Source: Nitrospinota bacterium
Lineage (GTDB): Bacteria > UBA8248
DNA length: 10,783 bases
Reading direction: 5' to 3'
Assembly: GCA_036231405.1 (NCBI GenBank)
Contig: JAZAHK010000004.1
Span: 1 to 10,783 of the forward strand
A program made the translations under genes and the position numbers. How positions within the stretch are numbered: the first letter of the stretch is position 1; the number at the start of each line of letters is the position of its first letter. Below are positions 1-6,056 of this stretch, piece after piece. The notes under the pieces are model-generated. The model ran no database searches. It was not told the origin of the DNA and saw only the letters and a program-made list of their open reading frames with translations.

Positions 1-2
1 GA

Positions 3-713
3 AATATACCTTCTGAGTACCGCCATCCAAAAGGCTACTGGTTTGGCCTCACCACTAGGGCACGTATAGTTTATGCCAGCAAAAAAAGAGTTAAAAGAGG
101 GGCGTTAAAAAATTACGAAGACCTTGCTGACTCAAAATGGAAAGGGAAAATCTGCATCAGATCTGGGAAACACGCTTACAACCTTTCCTTGTTTGCTTCC
201 ATTATCAATGCACATGGTAGTGCTACAGCTGAGAAATGGCTTAGAGGACTTCACTCAAACTTAGCCAGGAAACCACAAGGAAACGATAGAGCTCAAGTAA
301 AGGGAATTTATTCTGGACTTTGCGACTTAGCAATTGGGAATACTTATTATATGGGCAAAATGCAAACTAACAAGAAAAAACCTGCCCATAAGAAATGGGC
401 AAAATCAGTTTATCTTATTTTCCCAAATCAAGGGAACAGAGGAACTCATGTCAATATTAGCGGAGCTGCAGTAACAAGAGGGGCAAAAAACAAACACAAT
501 GCCATTAAACTTATTAAATTCTTAAGTGAAAAATTTGCACAGGAAATGTATGCGCATCAAAACTTTGAATATCCAGTTAAAAGCGGCATTAAAATTCACC
601 CTCTTGTTAAATCTTGGGGTAGTTTTTCTTCCGATAACGTGAAACTTTCAAAAATTGCAGGACTACGTAGTGCCGCATCGAAATTGGTAGATAAAGTCAA
701 TTTCAACAAGTAG
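3..713 (+). CDS. fbpA: Fe(III) ABC transporter substrate-binding protein, FutA/FbpA type (5'-truncated by window edge)
   Basis: The frame of the listed ORF 189..713 is open back to position 3 (NIPSEYRHPKGYWFGLTTRARIVYASK...YEDLADSKWKGKICIRSGKHAYNLSL), so TTG189 is an internal Leu. Motifs WFGLTTRAR, RSGKHxYN, GNDRAQ, GNTYY (tandem Tyr iron ligands), GTHVNISG and NFEYPV are typical of FutA/FbpA proteins. Followed by a permease and an ATPase. Confidence 0.93.
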   Translation, partial: NIPSEYRHPKGYWFGLTTRARIVYASKKRVKRGALKNYEDLADSKWKGKICIRSGKHAYNLSLFASIINAHGSATAEKWLRGLHSNLARKPQGNDRAQVKGIYSGLCDLAIGNTYYMGKMQTNKKKPAHKKWAKSVYLIFPNQGNRGTHVNISGAAVTRGAKNKHNAIKLIKFLSEKFAQEMYAHQNFEYPVKSGIKIHPLVKSWGSFSSDNVKLSKIAGLRSAASKLVDKVNFNK

Positions 714-725
714 ATTCTGTTTTAC

Positions 726-772
726 AAATCGGCAGCTATTATTTCAAAACTTCATAGCTGCCGATTTTTTTT
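726..772 (+). terminator. Intrinsic terminator-like stem-loop between binding-protein and permease genes
   Basis: Perfect 14-bp inverted repeat AAATCGGCAGCTAT (726-739) / ATAGCTGCCGATTT (754-767) with a 14-nt loop. It runs into a T8 tract (765-772) and begins 12 nt after the fbpA stop. Confidence 0.85.
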
Positions 773-855
773 GCTTAGATAGTCCTTGCGTGGTGCATAT
801 TATTTTCTTGCAGTCCTCCATGTGCTTCGTAGGGGCCTCATATGAGATTTAGATA

Positions 856-2487
856 ATGCAAACTAAAAAATTTGATTTTCCAATTGTATTAATAACACTT
901 ATAATTGCTTCCCCAATCATGGCTATACTATGGCTGGCTAGTCTCCCAAGCGATGACATTTGGAAACATCTTTATGAGACAGTACTTTTTCGATATACCT
1001 ACACAACTTGCATGTTAATGATAGGTGTTGGAGGAGGAACTCTTTTGCTAGGAGTGTCCTCGGCTTGGCTAGTGACTTGTTGTGAATTTACGGGAAGAAG
1101 ATTCTTTGAATGGGCTGCATTGCTTCCGATGGCAATACCTGCCTATATCATAGCCTTCATTTATACTGACCTATTAGAATATAGTGGCTCTATTCAAGAA
1201 TTTCTTCGATATTTTTTCTCTTGGAATTCCCCTTCAGATTACTGGTTCCCTGAGATTCGTTCTCTCTGGGGCGCAATTTTTATGATGACCTTCGTTCTTT
1301 ACCCATATGTTTATCTTCTTTCTAGAGTTTCTTTTGCTGATCAATCATCTTCCATAATAGAAGTGAGCAGGACACTTGGAAGAGGTCCTTGGAACACTTT
1401 TTTCAAGATATCCATACCTTTAGCTAGGCCATCACTTGTAATAGGAGTTTCTCTCGTTTTAATGGAAGTTTTAAATGATTTCGGAACAGTTGATTTTTTT
1501 GCAATTGAAACATTTACAGCAGGTATTTATGATGTTTGGATGAATATGGATAGCATATCTGGAGCAAGCCAACTTTCGGTAGTACTTTTATTTTTCGTTT
1601 TACTTCTCCTCTTTACCGAAAAATGGGGGAGAAGAAAACAAAAATTTTCAAATGACACAAAGAGCAGAAAATCTATAAAAAGATATTACTTACACGGATA
1701 TAAAAATATCTTTTCTTTTTTTGCTTGTATCATTCCGATTTTCCTTGGTTTTTTTCTGCCATCTCTAATCTTAATTAGGGATAGTTTTATATTTTACGAC
1801 TTTGGTACTAATTTCTATTTTTTCAAAACCATGTCTAACAGCTTTATTTTATCATTTCTTTCCGCAATTACTGCGACCCTAATAGGGATATTCTTGGGGT
1901 ATGGACAAAGAGTAAGAAGAAATAAATTCATCAGAGGTTTTATCAGATTCTCTTCAATAGGATATGCAATACCAGGGTCAGTTTTAGCTGTAGGAATCAT
2001 TATATCGTTTGGAAAAGTAGATGAATTTTTAAATTTTATATTAGGTATGACTGAGGAAATTTCACTGAGCGGAACACTAGTTGTAATTATTTATGCATAT
2101 TCAGTTCGTTTCCTTGCACTTTCATTTGGATCTATAGAATCAAGCTTAACGAAAGTTACTCCAAATATGGATGCTGCCTCACGAACATTGGGAATGAATT
2201 CAAGAAAGACTCTTTTTAAAGTCCACATCCCTATTATAAAAAAAGGGGTACTTGCATCGGCAATACTCGTTTTTGTAGATTGCATGAAAGAGTTGCCAAT
2301 GACTCTAGTTCTCCGTCCTTTTAATTTCGAAACTCTTTCAACTAATGTATATCAATTTGCATCAGACGAATTATTCGAAGAAAGCGCTTTAAGTGCGCTA
2401 GCGATTGTTCTAACAGGAGTAATTCCAATTATCATTTTAAGCAAAATCATAAGTTCTGGAAGCAACGTAATTGGAGAAGAAATTTAA
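856..2487 (+). CDS. fbpB: Fe(III) ABC transporter permease (fused double TMD, FbpB/FutB type)
   Basis: 543 aa, highly hydrophobic, with two internal halves each carrying an EAA-like motif (EVSRTLG and AASRTLG). Other family motifs: LLPMAIPAYIIA, LYPYVYL, MEVLNDFGTV, GYAIPGSVLA and MKELPMTLVLRPFNFETL. Confidence 0.93.
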   Translation: MQTKKFDFPIVLITLIIASPIMAILWLASLPSDDIWKHLYETVLFRYTYTTCMLMIGVGGGTLLLGVSSAWLVTCCEFTGRRFFEWAALLPMAIPAYIIAFIYTDLLEYSGSIQEFLRYFFSWNSPSDYWFPEIRSLWGAIFMMTFVLYPYVYLLSRVSFADQSSSIIEVSRTLGRGPWNTFFKISIPLARPSLVIGVSLVLMEVLNDFGTVDFFAIETFTAGIYDVWMNMDSISGASQLSVVLLFFVLLLLFTEKWGRRKQKFSNDTKSRKSIKRYYLHGYKNIFSFFACIIPIFLGFFLPSLILIRDSFIFYDFGTNFYFFKTMSNSFILSFLSAITATLIGIFLGYGQRVRRNKFIRGFIRFSSIGYAIPGSVLAVGIIISFGKVDEFLNFILGMTEEISLSGTLVVIIYAYSVRFLALSFGSIESSLTKVTPNMDAASRTLGMNSRKTLFKVHIPIIKKGVLASAILVFVDCMKELPMTLVLRPFNFETLSTNVYQFASDELFEESALSALAIVLTGVIPIIILSKIISSGSNVIGEEI

Positions 2488-3563
2488 TGTCATACCTTTC
2501 TCTTAACAATATAAATTTTTCTTACAAAACAAAAAAAGTCATTAATTCGATTTCTCTTCAAATTAAACAGGGAGAAATATCTTGCCTACTTGGCCCGTCT
2601 GGTTGCGGAAAGACCACTCTCCTCCAATTGATTGCAGGTTTAGAAGTTATAGACCTAGGCAGTATAAAAATTGACGGGAAAGTCATTTCAGACAAAAGAA
2701 CTAAATTACACGTACCTCCAGAGAAAAGAGAAACTGGTATTATGTTCCAAGATTACGCCCTTTTCCCTCATCTCACAGTAAAGGAAAACATTTTCTTCGG
2801 AGTTCCAAACCCTACAGACAGACAAAATTCTGAAATATTTGCACTAATGTCGATGGCAAAAATTGATGAACTCCAAGATCGTTTCCCTCATACGCTATCG
2901 GGCGGACAACAACAGAGGACAGCTTTAATTAGAGCTCTTGCACGAAAGCCTAATCTTATCCTGCTAGACGAACCAGTTTCAGGTTTAGATATAAGTTTAA
3001 GAAGTGAAATAAGGGATGAAACCATTTCTATTTTAAAATCATTAGAAGTCACCACTGTCATTGTAACTCATGATCCCCAAGAAGCGCTGCAAACTGCGGA
3101 ACAAGTACATATTATGAGAAACGGAAGAATCGAACAATCTGGATCACCGAGAGAAGTATACCAATTCCCTGCAAACGATTTCATTGCTCGTTTTATAGGA
3201 GAAACTAATATTTTATCTGGCATAATTCTAGAACCAGGTTACGATGAAGTGATGACAAATATTGGGTCCATCCCATGTCTTTCGATGAGAAATTTAGACT
3301 TTGGAACAGATGCGTTCATATCAATCAGACCTGAAAGTTTTGCATTAGACGAGAATGGACAATTCGAAGCTAAAACCGAAAAAATACAATATGCGGGTAC
3401 ACATCTATTGATAGAAGTCACTCTATTAAACGAAATCGGAAAAGGACAACAACTTAAAATTCATACTCACCCCAATGCAAGAGTGAGTATCGGAGAAATT
3501 GTAAGATTTAGAATCGTTCCGGATTTTGTAACAGTCATTGAAGACACTTCAAACGGAAACTAG
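2487..3563 (+). CDS. fbpC: Fe(III) ABC transporter ATP-binding protein (FbpC/PotA family) with C-terminal TOBE-like domain
   Basis: Walker A GPSGCGKT, Q-loop MFQDYALFPHL, signature LSGGQQQR, Walker B ILLDEP and H-loop VTHD. The start overlaps the permease stop (TAATG, 2485-2489), which indicates translational coupling. Confidence 0.92.
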   Translation: MSYLSLNNINFSYKTKKVINSISLQIKQGEISCLLGPSGCGKTTLLQLIAGLEVIDLGSIKIDGKVISDKRTKLHVPPEKRETGIMFQDYALFPHLTVKENIFFGVPNPTDRQNSEIFALMSMAKIDELQDRFPHTLSGGQQQRTALIRALARKPNLILLDEPVSGLDISLRSEIRDETISILKSLEVTTVIVTHDPQEALQTAEQVHIMRNGRIEQSGSPREVYQFPANDFIARFIGETNILSGIILEPGYDEVMTNIGSIPCLSMRNLDFGTDAFISIRPESFALDENGQFEAKTEKIQYAGTHLLIEVTLLNEIGKGQQLKIHTHPNARVSIGEIVRFRIVPDFVTVIEDTSNGN

Positions 3564-3591
3564 CAAATCTCTATCCTTCTTAATCTTTGTA

Positions 3592-4995
3592 TCAAAACCT
3601 GAGCAGGCTTAACAAAGAACTTATATTTCCCAATTTATCTAGTTGCATCACAATATCAAGTAATTCTTTAGCAGTATTCATATCAAAAACCATCAAGGAA
3701 TTGTCTAGAAACTTCTTCTCAATGTCGACATTACTCATAGGATTATCCAAACACCCTCTTTGAAATTTTTCATGCTCAATTATTTTTTTTCCATTCTTAA
3801 ATGCTATTTCAATAGATCCTGGAAAATATTCAGGGAAATTTTGAGAAGGATCTTCTTCATAGTTGACCAAAGAGGCCACTTTCAAAACTTTAGATTCCTG
3901 AATAGAATCCTCACTAAAATCTACTGTATTACAACTTCCACGAGCTAAAATACTTCCAATGCAATAGGGCAAAGAAAACTTGGCATCATAAGGAGAGCGT
4001 GGATTCTTTTTTGATTCAAGAGGTTCAAGTACCAGATCAATAGCTCCTTTTGCAGCTAGACATTTAATACTCTTAATGTCATCCACTGAGTATTTATCCA
4101 TCGAATAAATCCTCTTTGCAGCATCCAAAAAAGCGTGTATAACATGGCCACAAGGATAGGGTTTGTAAGCAATATTGAGAGTTTCCCATTTTGAACCTAA
4201 TCCAGAAGTTAAAACTTTTAAATTGAGATCCTCACCATAAACATGACTTTTATATAATCCAAAACGACCTTCTAAAATGGAACTTGGTCCACCAAAACCT
4301 TCATTTGCGAGCATGGCGGCAACGATGCCACTTTGCGATGCCCAACCTGGATGAATAATTTTGACAGGGCTACCGTCCTCGAGATACTCAAAAAGACCAG
4401 AAGATAGGCTTCCACAAATACCAAGTGCGGAAACAATCGCTTTCTTACTAAAACCAGCAAGTAATCCAAAAACTAAAGATGAACCAAAAGTGCCTGCTAT
4501 AGATGTCATATGGAAACCACGAGCATGAAAAGCTCCAGGGGCAACCAGACCCAAACGAATTTGGAATTCAAAACCAAGAATTAACGATTTGAGGAAATCT
4601 CGCGTATTTGGATGAAACAACTCCGCCCCCGACAATGCAGATGGCACCAAAGGGGCACAATTGTGAATAACGGATTTCGTATGAGTATCATCAAAATCTA
4701 AAGAATGTATCAATGAGCCATTTATCATTGAAGCATAAGTAACTGGCATAGCAATTTTCTCGCCAATTACTGTACAACCGTCATTTACTCCCTTCGATAA
4801 ATCTGAAGAATTCAGGCCTAGTATTTTAAAAACCATTTTCTTTATCTGGGAACTTACAGGAAGTGCCGTTGATGCAATTGCAATTCCCAAAGCATCGAGA
4901 AGCAGGTACTTAGTTTTCTCAACAACTTCTGGAGGAATGTCTTCGAAGTTCAACCTTTTGGAAAAATCAACTATATCATCAGTAGCAAAAGCCAT
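3592..4995 (-). CDS. MmgE/PrpD family protein (2-methylcitrate dehydratase / cis-aconitate decarboxylase / iminodisuccinate epimerase fold), substrate unknown
   Basis: 467 aa with LLDALG, HSLDFDDTH (4681-4707), VIHN, GFHMTS, KIIHPGW, LEGRFG, KPYPCGHVIH, AKFSLPY and NPMS..KF motifs. The ATG directly abuts the upstream gene's TAA (TAA-ATG, no gap). Confidence 0.92.
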   Translation of the reverse strand: MAFATDDIVDFSKRLNFEDIPPEVVEKTKYLLLDALGIAIASTALPVSSQIKKMVFKILGLNSSDLSKGVNDGCTVIGEKIAMPVTYASMINGSLIHSLDFDDTHTKSVIHNCAPLVPSALSGAELFHPNTRDFLKSLILGFEFQIRLGLVAPGAFHARGFHMTSIAGTFGSSLVFGLLAGFSKKAIVSALGICGSLSSGLFEYLEDGSPVKIIHPGWASQSGIVAAMLANEGFGGPSSILEGRFGLYKSHVYGEDLNLKVLTSGLGSKWETLNIAYKPYPCGHVIHAFLDAAKRIYSMDKYSVDDIKSIKCLAAKGAIDLVLEPLESKKNPRSPYDAKFSLPYCIGSILARGSCNTVDFSEDSIQESKVLKVASLVNYEEDPSQNFPEYFPGSIEIAFKNGKKIIEHEKFQRGCLDNPMSNVDIEKKFLDNSLMVFDMNTAKELLDIVMQLDKLGNISSLLSLLRF

Positions 4996-6012
4996 TTATA
5001 AAATATTCTCACGAACTAAAGGAAAAACTTTTTCTGATAAAATTGACATCGTATCAAGCACGAGGGATTGAGGCATTCCAGGCCATTCTATACTCATAAT
5101 CAAGTGATTCACTCCGAGAGAAGATAATTCTGAAATTTTTTCTGAAACTTCATTTGGTCCACCAATAATAAACCTATCTTCCAATAATTTATCAAAATCA
5201 AGTGAGAGATCCTTATCTCCTTCGGGCATGGCCTGATCTTGCCCCCAATTATGATAAGAATTATATTTTTTCTCTAAATATGGTCGACATAAAGAAACCG
5301 CTTTATCAAAGTCCTCTGCAACAAAAACTTCTCTCCTCATAGGTAACTCAAAAGGAAAAGGTTTGTTTAACTTGATCAATTCTTCTTTGTACATTTCCAA
5401 TTGGCGCTTTGTTGTTTCAATACGATTATGTGGATTGACATAATAGCTATCTCCAAAACGCGCTGCTCTCTTTATACCTTCATCACTATTTGCTCCAATC
5501 CATATAGGTGGATGTGGTTTCTGCACTGGACTTGGAGTACAAGAAGCGTCCTGAAGAGAAAAATGACTTGCCTCCATTGACACCTTTTCTTCAGTCCATA
5601 ATCTTTTAATAGCAATAAGGTTTTCTTCTAACCTTCTGACTCTATCTTTTTTTGAAGTTCCAAAAGCTTTAAATTCTACATCTCTATAGCCCAAACCAGC
5701 ACCGAAAATTATTTTTCCATTTGTTATGACGTCAAGAGTAGAAATCTGTTCGGCGATATCCAAAGGTTTATGTAGAGGCAATAAAACAATTCCAGCATTA
5801 AACCTCAAACTCGGTGCTTCCGCACAAATTCTAGCGAGAAAGGGTATTTGTTGAAACGAATTAAAAGGGAACGTGCTGTAATGGGAACCTTTTGTTATTG
5901 AAGAAAAACCTAGTTTTTCCGCTTTAACTACTTGCTCCAGAATATTCGAAAAGCGTACCTGCAGATCGTCCTCTAAGGGATATTGAGAACGCAACATAAG
6001 TCCAAACTGCAT
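4996..6012 (-). CDS. LLM class (luciferase-like) flavin- or F420-dependent oxidoreductase
   Basis: 338 aa with N-terminal MQFG, AEKLGF, LLPLHKPLDIAEQISTLD, GAGLGYR..EF, PSPVQKPHPPIWIGA, IKRAAR and IIGGP..V. SD-like GAGG at 6018-6021, 5 nt upstream of the ATG. Confidence 0.92.
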   Translation of the reverse strand: MQFGLMLRSQYPLEDDLQVRFSNILEQVVKAEKLGFSSITKGSHYSTFPFNSFQQIPFLARICAEAPSLRFNAGIVLLPLHKPLDIAEQISTLDVITNGKIIFGAGLGYRDVEFKAFGTSKKDRVRRLEENLIAIKRLWTEEKVSMEASHFSLQDASCTPSPVQKPHPPIWIGANSDEGIKRAARFGDSYYVNPHNRIETTKRQLEMYKEELIKLNKPFPFELPMRREVFVAEDFDKAVSLCRPYLEKKYNSYHNWGQDQAMPEGDKDLSLDFDKLLEDRFIIGGPNEVSEKISELSSLGVNHLIMSIEWPGMPQSLVLDTMSILSEKVFPLVRENIL

Positions 6013-6056
6013 AGTAGCCTCGAAATCAAAGGAAAATGTTAACCAGAATCCTTAAA

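Noticed and set aside
820..855. ATG820 in frame with the permease but interrupted by TAG850 (possible amber read-through or recoding)
   Set aside because: There is no SD before ATG820, TAG serves as a normal stop elsewhere in the window (fbpA, fbpC, SDR), and the permease looks complete from 856.
1815..4469. Small ORFs 1815..2000, 2091..2285, 3239..3421, 3760..3948 and 4272..4469
   Set aside because: All are 60-65 aa, nested within larger confident CDSs, and show no motifs.
6028..6052. AAGGA/TCCTT inverted repeat between secA and the LLM gene
   Set aside because: A 5-bp stem with a long loop and no clean U-tract is too weak to call a terminator.
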